Of a stretch of 64,000 nt of DNA, positions 1 through 12,562 are shown piece after piece. The stretch comes from Felis catus (taxonomy: Eukaryota). The notes under the pieces are model-generated. The model saw only the letters and a list, made by a program, of their open reading frames with translations, did not search any database and was not told the origin of the DNA. Every line of letters begins with the position of its first letter. The first letter of the stretch is position 1. The position numbers and the translations under genes were made by a program. Where the stretch lies: NCBI RefSeq assembly GCF_018350175.1, contig NC_058368.1, forward strand, positions 168,394,001 to 168,458,000, given 5' to 3'.

Positions 1-282
1 CCTTTAAGAATCGGTGGAAGTGTCTTTCTCTGGGAATCCTTCTCTACGTCTCCTGTTCTTGTGAGTTAGTACCTCTTAGCACCGCTGTTTTAACATTTGG
101 TCCACCATGTTTGTTCCCCCATGGAGGCAGAGCTTGAGTCTTTTTCTGACTTTAGCATATCACCCACCGTAGGAACTCAGTAAATGTTTGCTGAATGCAT
201 AAATGTGATGTGCAAAAGTGGTGACACTATTGGTGGGTGCATTCATTGTGAAGTAAAAAGTGCTATTAAGAGTTTTTGGCTA

Positions 283-518
283 GGGGCGCCTGGGTGGCTC
301 AGTCGGTTAAGCGTCCGACTTCAGCCAGGTCACGATCTCGTGGTCCGTGAGTTCGAGCCCCGCATCAGGCTCTGGGCTGATGGCTCAGAGCCTGGAGCCT
401 GTTTCCGATTCTGTGTCTCCCTCTCTCTCTGCCCCTCCCCCGTTCATGCTCTGTCTCTCTCTGTCCCCAAAAAAATAAATAAACGTTGAAAAAAAAAATT
501 AAAAAAAAAATTAAAAAA
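283..518 (+). mobile_element. Young felid CAN-SINE (SINEC_Fc type)
   Basis: GGGGCGCCTGGGTGGCTCAG tRNA-derived head, CT tract, A-tail, many intact CpGs; perfect 15-bp TSD aagagtttttggcta at 268-282 and 519-533. Confidence 0.97.
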
Positions 519-2018
519 AAGAGTTTTTGGCTATAAAACAGGCTAATTTAAATTTTCCACTATAAGCAGCTTCCTGGAAAGACACGGTGGGACCAGATAC
601 CAGAAAAGATTTTTAATTCAGGGAGAGTGTTGGAGACTATGGCGAGGAATCAGGGCAGGTTCAGGGAGAGTGGGAAGTCCTGAAGCAAGGCTAAATTCTG
701 GGATTTTGCTTTGTCCAGGAAGACCTGGTCAAACTCGGCTTTGGATCAAGGCCTAAGAACAGATCTACAAATAGTAACATCAGAAGGTGTGATGCCTAGT
801 ATCATTTCAATTCTGACATGGCTAAAGCGCTCTAAAGAGACACAGTCTGAATAATAAAACTGGTAAAATCTTGAGGAAGACACAGAAGAGGTGGGAAGCT
901 TACCTGAGTCATGAATTATTCATGCTTCGCTGGAGAACAATGAGGCAGAACTTGGCTTTTATTACTGCTTCTGATACAAAGTGATTAGTTTTAATTTAGA
1001 TGATTGCACATGCTTATGTAACACACTAAATTCTATTTGGTTATTAGCATTTTTGTTTTGACCATTCCAATTTGAGACGATTTACTTGAGGTTATGGAAT
1101 TGTTTCTTCCTAATGAATGCATTAGAATTGAATATTAAGATATATGGAAGACTTCTTCCCAGTCCTCACAGTTAATCAAATAAAGTAATTTTTTCTCTGA
1201 TGCAGAACCAGAGATGAATGACTCTTTGAACTAAAATTAGATTAAATTGACACAGTCATCTGAAGAGCAGAAATATACACACCCTTTGCTAATATTTATT
1301 ACAAGAGAACATTCTTGTTATTGCTGTTGATCATAGGAGCTCTGGCTATACCATACAGTGAAACTGAACCTAAGTCACAAGTCTCTAAAGTTGGCAAAGG
1401 TGGTTTGGCTGTTTCCCTACAGCTAAGAATATGAGCTATATAATGGTAAATAGAAACAATTTAATGTGAGTTGTTGACCATAATAATCATAATATGAATT
1501 TAGCCATAGATAATCTGTTCAATTTTTGCTGATTCCCAGTTGCCACAGGGCTTTTAAATCCAGATTTTTTTTTTTATTTTCTTGTTTGTTTTCTGCTTCT
1601 TTTCAAGTTGGGGAGAAGTAGGTATGGATCCTTTGTAAAGCTTATTTGAAAACTCGTGGTACTTTTATGTATGTTAAAGTAGACTCAGTTACTTATTGTT
1701 TTGCACTCCTAAAAATAAAGTTAATCAAAGCAGAGAAAATGGCCATTCTCCCTGTGATATCCTGAGTTCTATTGCTATCGGGAAAGTCAAAAGAATGGCT
1801 GCAATAATTTAGAAGACAACTGGATGAAATTATTTTTCAGTTAACTAAGACATATGAATAGAACTATAACATTCAAAATCCTGATTTTACTATTGAGGTG
1901 ATGATAACCTTTAATCATATGATCAAGACTTAATTAAATTCTCAGGCAATTAGAAAATAATAAGTTTAAATGCCTTTAAGCCTCTAGTGATCACAGACTG
2001 TGTAAACCTCCGTCAGAG

Positions 2019-2047
2019 TAAAATGAGTCCCAATAAAATGAGTCCCA
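2019..2047. repeat. Short tandem duplication, 14 bp x2
   Basis: taaaatgagtccca at 2019-2032 and 2034-2047. Confidence 0.85.
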
Positions 2048-2363
2048 CGTATCTCTCAAAAAGACACGTGGCCTGGATCCGAAGAAAAGTTTTAGGTTCT
2101 ACATTTTGAAACATGGGAAGATTTAACACAGATTGCAGAAAATGATTTTTTTTAACCTTGCTTTATGCATTTTTGAACTAAGAAGGTATATTTAGATCCA
2201 ATAGTGGTTGTAGAATTAATTATATACCCAAATGCATGTCTCTGCTCAGATCACCTGTTAACTTGTCTACCGTTTTTTGCTTTTTTGTTTTCTGAAATAA
2301 CAGGAAACCTACACCCTAATATTTGGAGATAATTTCAGTGATTTAACTGTATTTAATATGAAC

Positions 2364-2548
2364 TGCCTGGGTGGCTCAGCCGGTAAAGCATCCAACTCTT
2401 GATTTTGGCTCGGGTGATGATCTCCCAGGTTTGTGGGATTGAGCCCTGCCTTGGGCTGTGTGCTGAAGCACAGAGCCTGCTTGGGATTCTCTCTCTCCCT
2501 CTCTCTCTGTGTATGCACTCTGTCTCTCAAATAAATAAACATTAAAAA
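2364..2548 (+). mobile_element. Older CAN-SINE
   Basis: Diverged SINE head, CT tract and aataaa tail; TSD aatatgaac at 2355-2363 and 2549-2557. Confidence 0.92.
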
Positions 2549-4419
2549 AATATGAACAAAGATAATATTGATTTAGGAAATCTAAAATGTAATATTCTCT
2601 CCCAAATTATAAGGATGAAAATTCATTCCTACCAACTCTTTCAATTGACATTTCTTAAAAACCCTTTTGATAGAAGACAGGAGGTAACAATATATTTTCA
2701 GGGACAAGAATGACAAAGAGGCTGCTGTTTAGTTGCCCTCAGTCTGGATCTAGCCACTAGTGGCATATCTTCTACTGTTTTTTGTAGGTGTGTCCTATCT
2801 TGCCATTTCAAGTGCATTTTCTCATAGCACAAAGTGGAATGCTCTCCTCTCCTTTCTATCTCAAGGGTTATTGTGGTAATGTCCCTTCCTCATGCTTCAT
2901 GAGAAGCACTGGCTTTCCCCAACTAATCAGAAGAGTTGAAGATCTACCACCTGCTTGGCCCCTCCTCAGCAAGCTGGCCTTAGTCATAACACAATCAATC
3001 CCTCCCCACCCCCATGTTTCCCACTCCTACACTTTGAAAACTGAAGCCCATCGAGACAAATGACCATTAGGATATTGATTCTGAAAGATTGATGGCACAT
3101 ACTTGAGAGACTTTGATCAGATTCTGAAGTTCTTTCCTTTGTCTTTGATATTTTTTGCTTTAGCTTCTCATGTAATACTTTCTCAACTGGAGAAGCAATT
3201 CAGTGGTAACATCTACTTCCTCTTATCATCATTTCTAATATTGCTTTTGTTTGCTTACTACTTGAAGATTCTTGGAAGAAAACTGCTATGTGCTTATAAA
3301 AGGTATGGGATTTTTTTTTTCTATTTGTGAAGAGATTTACCAAATTGAATGGCTTTTAGATTGAGATAGAACAACCTTGCCTGGAGAAGAAAACCAGGAA
3401 AATGTCAGAAAGCAGTGTATTCTTCTGAAACTTTAAAAAATCTCTGTGAGTTCAATTTCAGATTTTAGATGGGGTCAAAACTAGAGTGAGAGATTTGGTT
3501 GTGCTCAGTTCAGTGGGTTTCAGTCCTCAGTAAGGACTCTTGCTTAATGTCCTTGGCCTTTATACCTAGAGAGGAATCCTTCTTGCCTAGCTTGAGGAGT
3601 TTTGATAGTGACAGCAAATCTACAAACCATGATGTCTGAAAACATGTGAAGTGCTTGTAAGGGATCAAGTGGCTCTGACACACTCAGATGACTACTGAGG
3701 AGAAGCACTGGGAAGACCTAACACACTCTGAGACCTACTTTCGGGAGAAATAATCACATTTTATAATGTAGTAGGATAAAATGCTATATTCTCCTCTTAC
3801 TCTGAGGAAAAAAGTTCCCAATATTAAATTTGCATGGGAGAGAAAATAAAACCATGGGAAGAGGCAACATCTATGTCTTAAAGAGGGTAAGGTGTGTTTA
3901 TGATAGACATAATTTACTCATTCATTTATTGGGTCTATAAACATTTATTGAGTAACTAGTGTTATGTGCCACGTACTGTTAATTCATAAATAACTAAAGC
4001 ATTATGCCTCTCAAAGAGGGATTCAGATCAAAGGTAGATGGACATATAATGAAATAATTAATTATAACTGTTTAGATGAGCTTTTCAGAGAACAAAAGTG
4101 ACTAATGTTTTAGACATTGTCAGATGTAATTCTGTGACAAGTCATATTCTACAGACCTTACTATATCTTTTCTATATGGATATCATAGGTAATATTGTTG
4201 GCTTCTTGGCAAGGCCTTGGCATATGGCCATAGATTACAGGTGCCTGCTATGCTCTGGAGACAGCTAGTGCACCACCTACATAGACTAGATGTGATGTCC
4301 CTGTGCCTAGGAGGGATGACTTATGGAGTATGCAATTTATATTAGGTAGGAGAAGAAGGAAAGGGAACTATAAAGGTGAAGCAGTTTTGTCTTGTTTCAA
4401 AATAAAGAGGTCTTCATAA

Positions 4420-4609
4420 AATAGAGAACAACCCCTTTATAATAGCAGCAGATATTTAAGAATAAAGTTTAGAAGTATCTAAAATCTTGGGGCACCTGGG
4501 TGGTGCTCAGTCAGTTGAACATCCGACTCTTGATTTCATCTCAGGTCATGATTCCAGGGTTGTGGGATCAGGCCCCACATTGGGCTCTTAAGCATGGAGC
4601 CTGCTTAAG

Positions 4610-4663
<54 letters not shown>

Positions 4664-5900
4664 TCCCTCTTCCTGGCTCATGCTCTCTCTTTCTCTCTAA
4701 ACAAAACAAACCAAAAATAAAGAAACGTTCAAAACCTATGTGAAGTAAACTTTAAAACACTTCTGAAAGACACAAACATGGACTTGAAGAAATGCAAAGT
4801 ATATCCTCTATTCTTGAATAGGAAAACTTAAGACAGTCTCACTACATGAATTTATTAATATGATGCAACTCCAATAAAAACACCACCAGTCTTTAATATA
4901 GGGGTAGAAAAGTTGATCCTAAAGTTTCTGTGGAAAACCAACATATAAGAGTTGCCAGGACCAAAAAACAAAACAAACAACCAAAAACAAACAAACAAAA
5001 AACCACTAAATGAGGAAGGACTACTCTTACCAAGCATTAAAACATAATACAAAGTTCCTATAATTAAAGCAATGTCATACTGGTATATGAATAGACAGAG
5101 ACGTAGAACAGAATAGAAAGCCCAGACAGAGATCCAAGTTCCTACACAAATCCAGTATATGGTAAAGGTATATCTCAAATCACTGGGTCAAAGATGGACT
5201 TGGGTAGCCATCTGGGAAAAGATAAAATGAAATAATCACAATATACCCAAGAATAAACTTCAAGTTCATCAGAGATCTAAGTGTAATATTCTAACAATTT
5301 AAGTAAAAAGAAAACATGGGTGAATACATCTTTAATCTTAGTATGGGGAAAGCTTTCTAATTATTCAAAATCTAGAGACAATAAAAAAGTGATAAATTTG
5401 ATCCCAAAATCAATATTTTTTCTTCATCACTTCTGTGCTATTCCTACCAAAGGCACTTAACCCTAATTTAATCATAAGGAAACATTAGACAAACCTAAAT
5501 TGAGGGGCATTTTACAAAATAAGTGGTCTGTAATGTTTTAAAGCAACAAGATCATGAAAGTCACTGAAAGAATGAGTCTCTTTCCACACCAAAGGGATGT
5601 GATAACTAAATGGAACACATGATTCTGGGCTAGATCATTTGGCTGTAAAGGACATTTTGGGTACAATGGGTGAAACCTAAATGAAGTTTGATGATAAGAT
5701 GGTGGTGATATATCAGTGTTACTTTCCTGAATTTGATGCTTGCATTTTGGTTAGAATGGGGACTTTCCTTGTTTGTAGGAAAATGACACTAATATTTGGG
5801 ATAATGATGTATCATGCCAACAGGTTACACTCAAAGGGTTTATGGAAAAGATAAACACTTTATATTTGTAAGTGTTTTGTAAGTTTGAGATTTTATTTAT
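4420..5900 (+). mobile_element. Ancient L1M (MC/ME-like) ORF2 and 3' end fragments
   Basis: A-rich decayed ORF2-like sequence (aaagcaatgtcatactgg, gaacagaatagaaagcccag) followed by L1MC-like 3'UTR (aatcataaggaaacattagacaaacctaaattgagggg); boundaries approximate. Confidence 0.7.
4489..4725 (+). mobile_element. CAN-SINE with expanded (CT)n, nested in old L1
   Basis: ggggcacctggg head, (CT)n at ~4612-4658, A-rich tail. Confidence 0.9.
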
Positions 5901-5974
5901 ATATGTAATATATATAATGTTGATATTAATATCATATCAGTGATATCAATATCAAAACATAAAATGTTTAATTT

Positions 5975-6945
5975 CATAGAAAAAATTAAACTAGCAAAAC
6001 TGATCTTAGAAGAGATTTGAAAATGCAAACAGGAATTAGCAGAGAAGAAGTATGGAAAGTTGTCAGAAAGCAACCCCAAAACATCATTAGGTCCAAATGT
6101 TCTCACAGGCGCGTTTTATTTAGCTCCTAAAAGTCAGAGTTCCAATGCTGTCTAAATTGTTACAGAACATAGAAGAAGGACTAAAGCTTCCAGATCCTTT
6201 TTATAAAATGGGAAAACATTGATACCAGAATCCAAATATGACAGCAAAAAACCCACAACAACAGAAAAGAAAATGACAGATCAGTCTTATGACTATGTAA
6301 TACATTAAATAAAACATTAATAAACAAAACTCAGCAGCACATTAAAAGGATAATAAATCATGACCAAATGGCATTTTCTCTAGAAGTTTAAGAATAATTT
6401 AACATCAGAAAAAACTAATAATATTTATCATATTACTCAAAATGTAAACTTATGTGATCATCTTTATAGATGCTGAAAATATATTTAATAATGCTCAACA
6501 TCAATTCTTTATTAAATAATAAGTAAAGTGGGAATCAATAGATATGTTTTATCATGTTAAGGAAGAATTCATCTCTACCCTCAAGTGACATCATGTTAAT
6601 TGAAGATTGTATACTGGAAGTAGTCAATAAAGTGACAAGCAAGACAATTAATATTGTTCCAGAAATTCTGGTCAACGCATTTAGATAAGACCAAGAAACC
6701 AAATGAATGAGCATTGGTAAAAAGGACATAAAAGCATTGTTATTTCTAGGTGATATAATTGTAAACATTACAGTATCATATGTACATCATTATATACATT
6801 TTATACCTAGAAAACACCAAAGAAACAAATAAAAAACTATAACAACACTGACAGGATACAGTAAGGCAGCAGGGTATAAAATTAGATAGAAATATAATAA
6901 TATTTCTATAGAAATAGAAATAGATACAGATAAGCAATGTTGAAA
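5975..6945 (+). mobile_element. Ancient L1M ORF2 (RT region) fragment
   Basis: Decayed matches to the [15 protein letters not shown] and IDAEKAF-coding DNA (ggtccaaatgttctcacagg, aatcatgaccaaatgg, tagatgctgaaaatatattt). Confidence 0.65.
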
Positions 6946-7039
6946 AACCCAACTATGGGTGAAGGGCTTTAGCATTTCTGGTAACATTTTTGGGATTTTT
7001 TCTTTATTATGTGGAGACACTTCAGAGGCGAGTTACCCA

Positions 7040-7480
7040 AGCCCATTATTGTTCTTTTGTAGATAATCTGACTTATCTCTGGTAGTTTTTAGGATTTTCT
7101 CTGTGATTTTAATATTCTCAACTTCATTATGATGTGGTTAGATGTGCATTGGTTTTACTGTCCTCAGGACACAGGGTGCCCCTTTTGTGACCTCATGTCT
7201 CTTTACAGTTGGGAGAATCTAAACCATTTTTTAAATTTAAATATTGCCTCTCCCCATTCTCTCTATTATTTATCCTGAAACTTCAGTTAGATAATGGACT
7301 GATCTTTCTGTTCCCCATGTCTCTTATTATTTCTTTCATATTTTTCCATCTCTTTATGTTGCTTTTGAATTCTCAGTGAGATTCCTGGATCTGTCTCCCA
7401 ATTCATTACTTCTTTTTAGAATGTATTTAGTTTGCTGTTCAGCTTGTGTATTGAGGCTTTAAAAGTCTTTTTAATTGAGA
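7040..7480 (-). mobile_element. Ancient L1/HAL1 ORF1-region fragment
   Basis: T-rich sequence resembling the antisense of old L1 ORF1; boundaries approximate. Confidence 0.45.
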
Positions 7481-7511
7481 TTATTTATATATTAAAATTT
7501 TTTTAACTTTT

Positions 7512-7633
7512 TTTTAAATTTTAAAACATTTATTCATTTTTGAGAGACAGAGCATGAGAGGGGAAGGGGCAGAGAGAGGGAGACACAGAATCTGAAGCAG
7601 GCTCCAGGCTCTGAGCTGTCAGCACAGGGCCCG
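7512..7633 (-). mobile_element. 5'-truncated CAN-SINE
   Basis: Only the 3' half is present; near-TSD aaaattttt(t)taactttt at 7494-7511 and 7635-7651. Confidence 0.9.
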
Positions 7634-8882
7634 AAAAATTTTTTAACTTTTAAGTGAAATTTTAATGTATTTGAAGCAGAGGAGAAATATTTCACAAGCT
7701 CAAAACTGTCATACTGACCAGAAGGCCATAAACATTTTTTAGGTGTGAATAAATATTCGTGATAGCAATAATTTATGGCTATCTAATATGCCATTTGTTT
7801 AACATTTTCCTATTTTTGACTACTGAGGTTATTTCAAATTTTTGGTAACATAAATAATTTTGAAATGAATGTCTTTATGCATGAGATTCTTTTATTCATT
7901 TTAGATTATCTTCTTAGGAACTATTGAACCAAAAATAGGTAGTTTTAACATTCTCACTGCTTATTGTCAAATGTTCTTTAAAGGGATGAGCCAATTAAAA
8001 TGTGGTCGCTTGCATCAGAGTGACAGATTGCCACTTCAGCAGCATTGGTTATTTTAATTTAATTTAAATTTTGCTGATTTAAGCGATGAAAACAATATCT
8101 TCTTTTTCAAATTTGCATTCATTGGGTTACTGGTAGGAGTGAACATTTCTCCAGGTTTGCTTACTGGCTAAATTTACTCTTTTGAGGGTTGTCCTTCCAT
8201 GCATTTGATACTTCAGTTATTAGAGCCTTTCTGATTTTCTTATTGAGGCGTATCACTTTTTATAACACCCATATAAAGCTGCTGTCATTTTTTGTGGCAG
8301 TTTCTCCCAAAGAAAACTCCCAAAGAAATTTATTTATTTCTCCCATAATAAAACTTATGGTTTTATTAATCCATAAGTTGCTGTGAATACATTCACTCTC
8401 CTCGAAACAAAACCAATTCTGTGTTCATTTTAGTCAGCTTAAAACTGAGGAATGCATTTTCTTCCTGGAGACCTAGAAACTGCAGCTCTGATTTCAACTT
8501 GACGCACTTCAAAATGGCCTGTAACGGTGCACTTCTGAGGAGTGGAGATGATAGTGATGTCCTCAAGACAAAGCTGTATTGCTGCAGCAAGGGACAAGTA
8601 GAGGCTGGCCACCTGAAATAATTATGGCCGGTGTATTTTGGCCAATGGAGTTATTACAAGATCAGCACGCAAATCCAAGCTAGTTCATATAACTTACCTC
8701 TGAAGTGTATTCACATAATCAGAAAAATTCCAAAAGAAATTATTGGATATGCTGAATAATCTGCCCAGTTAAGTTTCAGAATGTAAACCATGGAAATGCA
8801 TGTATTTTGAGGTTGAGCCATTTTCCTCCCTCAGGTAGTATGGGCTGAATTATGAAATAAGCAGTTAGCCCAGCCCTGATTT

Positions 8883-9074
8883 TTTTTAAGTTTATATATT
8901 TTTGAGAGAGAGAGCGGAGGAGGGGCAGGGAGAGAGGGAGAGAGACAGAATCACAAACAGGCTCTGTGCTGTCAGCACAGAGCCCCACACACGGCTCATG
9001 ACCAAAACCAAAATCATGACCTAAGCCAAAATCAAGAGCCAGACACTTAACTGATTGAGTCACTCAGGCACTTC
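8883..9074 (-). mobile_element. Older CAN-SINE
   Basis: Reverse-complement SINE; degenerate 16-bp TSD (12/16 identical) at 8867-8882 and 9075-9090. Confidence 0.92.
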
Positions 9075-9103
9075 AGTCCACCTCTGTTTTAAGAGTAGCT
9101 GTG

Positions 9104-9708
9104 TCTGGAAAACAGTGTGGAGGTTCCTCAGAAAATTAAAAATAGACCTATCCTATGACCCAGTAGTAGCACTGCTAGGAATTTACCCAAGAGATACAGG
9201 AGTACTGATGCATAGGGGCACTTGAACTCCAATGTTTATAGAAGCACTCTCAACAATAGCCAAATTATGGAAAGAGCCTAAATGTCCATCAACTGACGAA
9301 TGGATAAAGAAATTATGGTTTATATACACAATGGAATACTATGTGGCAATGAGAAAGAATTAAATATGGCATTTTGTAGCAACATGGATGGAACTGGAGA
9401 GTGTTATGCTAAGTGAAAGAAGTCATACAGAGAAAGACAGAGACCATGTTTTCACTCTTATGTGGATCCTGAGAAACTTAACAGAAACCCATGGGGGAGG
9501 GGAAGGAAAAAAAAAAAAGAGGTTAGAGTGGGAGAGAGCCAAAGCATAAGAGACTCTTAAAAACTGAAAACAAACTGAGGGGTCAATGGGGGGTGGGAGG
9601 GAGGGAAGGGTGGGTGATGGGTATTGAGGAGGGCATCTGTTGCGATGAGCACTGGGTGTTGTATGGAAACCAATTTGACAATAAACTTCATATATTGAAA
9701 AAAAAAAA
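9104..9708 (+). mobile_element. 5'-truncated young felid L1 (ORF2 end plus 3'UTR)
   Basis: L1 ORF2 C-terminal DNA, G-rich 3'UTR, aataaa and pure A-tail; TSD aagagtagctgtg at 9091-9103 and 9709-9721. Confidence 0.96.
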
Positions 9709-9724
9709 AAGAGTAGCTGTGAAG

Positions 9725-9986
9725 GAGCATCTGGGTGGCTCAATTGGTTAAGCATCTGACTTCAGCTCAGGTCATGATCTCACAGTTCGAGGGCTCAAGC
9801 CTGGTGTCGGGCTCTTTGCTGACAGCTTGGAGCCTGGAGCCTGCTTTGGATTCTGTGTCTGCCTCTCTGCCTGCTTTGGATTCTGGAGCCTGCTTTGGAT
9901 TCTGTGTCTCCCTCTCTCTCTGCACCTCTTCCAGTCACGCTCTGTGTCCCAAAAATAAATAATAAACATAAAAAATTTTTTTAAAA
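9725..9986 (+). mobile_element. CAN-SINE with internal triplication
   Basis: SINE head and tail; TSD aagagtagctgtgaag at 9709-9724 and 9987-10002. Confidence 0.93.
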
Positions 9987-12035
9987 AAGAGTAGCTGTGA
10001 AGACTCACAGGTATGGGAGATATATTCAAGTAGGTGTTACACAATTTGTGAATATAGATAGTATAAGAGATTAAACAGGACATATTAGAGAAAACATATC
10101 ATATGTAATAATCAGCATTATTCAACTTGGAGCTAGTTGGTCCCAAACAGCCAAACCCAAATCATTGTCAAATGACTGAAATTGAACTGGCTGTGGCAGC
10201 ACCACTAATGCCAGTAAAGCTAGAGGTGAAAGAATGCTGTCCCTGAATGGAAATAAAAATTACATCCTTAAATGTAGATTCTACTTCCCTTTCCCAGTAG
10301 AATTACTTAGGTTACCCTCAAGGGTAGGCATATTTGAGGAGTGAGTGGGGGCAGGGAGGCTTTAAATGTAAATCTACTTGTCTGTATATTCTAGTCTTTC
10401 TGCCCAGTGCAGGGTGACTCAGAACTGATTTTTTGCTACTGTGCAAGAGTCAGTGTTGTCTGGAGGTCCTTCCCTTCTGCTCAGGGATCCCAGTGACCTT
10501 CTCCAGGGCAGCAGCCTTCAGACCCCACACAGTCTCCCAATCCACTTGTACAGACAGTTGTAATCAAAAGAAACCAGAGCCCCATCCTCATCCCTCTTAT
10601 TTCTGAAAGCTAACTGGAGTGATGAATTTTATTTCAGACTTCCTACACAGAGCCACAAGATTTATTTTCCACTCCTTGGCTTCCACTTCTCAATAAAAGC
10701 AGTTAAGCTGACCACGGTAATCAGGTCTTTTCACTAGCAATAAAGCACAAATATCACAGGTTTGAGTTCATTTTTAAAAGAAGCACAATTTAAAAACCTT
10801 TAGAAAGTTGATGCCTGGAGCTGGGTGGTATAATGACCTCTCCTTTCAAATCAACATTAGATCCAGATTGCATTTCCAAGTGGGAAGGCTGCTGGGCTAC
10901 GGAAAGTGACCTTTGGCTGAGTGACTACTTGTTACCTTGTCAGCTTCAGTGCTGCCTGCCATTAGGAAGAACTCCGGAGTAATAAACTATTTACAGCCTG
11001 CACTTATCTATCCCCTACAGGGCACTTTCTGAGCAGGGAAAAAAAGGCAATTGATTTTCTCTATTCGATAGTCATCATCTTATAGTTAGGTCATCTAACT
11101 GCCTAGTACTGCTTATGTTCAATTCTCAGGGTACCTCCTGTAACAAGGGCCACTTTTTTTTTTTTGACAGATTTTAAAAGCCTCGTGCTTTTGTACAACA
11201 TAAAAAAAAAAAAAAAACCTAAAGCTGTAGACAAATGAGGTGCAGAGACAAGGAAGACAGAAAGAGGCTCTCCTGTCCTGAAGGATCTCATTTGAACCAA
11301 ACTATAAAAGGAATGTCTAAATTCTCTCCCCATCCACTCCAAATATTTTTATTCTGATGAACTAAGAACTATCTTGAACTCTGAAAATTTCCTTTGGAAA
11401 ATGTCTTTAAAAAATGAGTTCACTTAATCTCCAAGTCTTGGTTTTCACATTTGAAAAATAAGATAGTTCTTTTCACCTCTAAGATAGTTTAATTTTAAGA
11501 AGTAGGTTTGAATAACATGTAGCAAGAAACTTCAATTTTTATGATTAGTTTATGTGGTAGAACACACTTTTAGACAAGGAAGCCAGTGTAATATTTTTAA
11601 AAAATAAAAGTAAGTTGCATGTCAATGTTTCAACAGGTATGTATTTTGAAGATATATTCACCAGCATCAGAGATCACCAGAAGCCTAAGACATGGCTCCT
11701 GTCTTCAGGTCTTATTGCTGGAGAGATAAGATGTGTACAAATATAAACCAAGTAGAGATCAAGATAGCACACATATTCATCTGGGACTAACAATAGACAG
11801 GACGGACTACTAAGCCAGGTGTTGGGGTATAGGTTGGACGTGAGCTGAGTCATCAAGTACAGTGAATGTGGCTTACGGGAGAGGCAGAAAGCAAGTTCCC
11901 ACATGGTCTATAGGACTTATATTTTGTGGAAGATAAATTTAGAGAGAGGGGTGGTAAGAGGTTATGGAGGAGAAATATGATCTTGAACTTGGACCTAGAT
12001 GCTCTGGGAAAAGCCTTTTATTTTGGGCCTTTAGA

Positions 12036-12303
12036 TCAGTAGTCTCCAGTAGGGTGCACACACACTAGGAGTGTCACAACACAGTTCACTGGGATGTGGA
12101 AAGAAAATAGAACTTTTATTTATAATTGTGTCTATAAATAGAAATACTGTGTTGCATCCTTCAGACAGTTCTATTTTAACACATTGGTGTATGTGGATAT
12201 AATTTATAAAGATATATATATATATATATATATGTTGGAGATACACTATTCAAAAATTTTTTTCTGATAGAAGTGAATAATCAAAGATATTTGGAGATCA
12301 TTA
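12036..12303 (+). mobile_element. hAT-Charlie non-autonomous DNA transposon (Charlie4-like)
   Basis: Degenerate TIRs cagtagtctcca...tttggagatcatt; internal gggtgcac...gaaagaaaatagaac resembles my recall of the Charlie4 consensus. Confidence 0.5.
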
Positions 12304-12329
12304 CTTTATATCATTGTCAATATCACAAT

Positions 12330-12562
12330 TGCTGCCATTTGTTGAGCATTTAATAAGTGCTAGGGACTGTATTAAGTCCTTTATGTTACTATGTTCTTAA
12401 ATCTAATCTGTACAATAAACTCTGTGAGGTAGGTACGTAGTGTATGTGATCCCTATGGAATTTGAACCTCATACAGGTAAAGTAACTTGCCCAAAGTCAC
12501 TCAGATGATAAATGACAGAGCCAGGTTCAGACCCCAACCTGCTGGCTGGCTCCAGAGCCTAT
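12330..12562 (-). mobile_element. MIR SINE
   Basis: MIR core aagtaacttgcccaaagtcac...gacagagccaggttc. Confidence 0.8.

Noticed and set aside
283..365. tRNA-like A/B-box sequence at SINE heads
   Set aside because: This is the tRNA-derived part of CAN-SINEs, followed by a CT tract, A-tail and TSD; not tRNA genes.
184..489. SINE-overlapping ORFs with peptides like GAPGWLSRLSVRLQ (also 9735, 23250, 28231, 34847, 42554, 62235)
   Set aside because: They are translations of CAN-SINE sequence, not genes.
719..786. Possible plus-strand exon (tttgtccag|GAAGAC…AGAAG|gtgtga)
   Set aside because: Weak donor, unrecognised peptide and no partner exons.
9091..10002. Three direct repeats with long spacers, superficially array-like
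   Set aside because: The spacers are an L1 and a SINE and the repeats are TSDs; this is mammalian DNA with no CRISPR or cas features.
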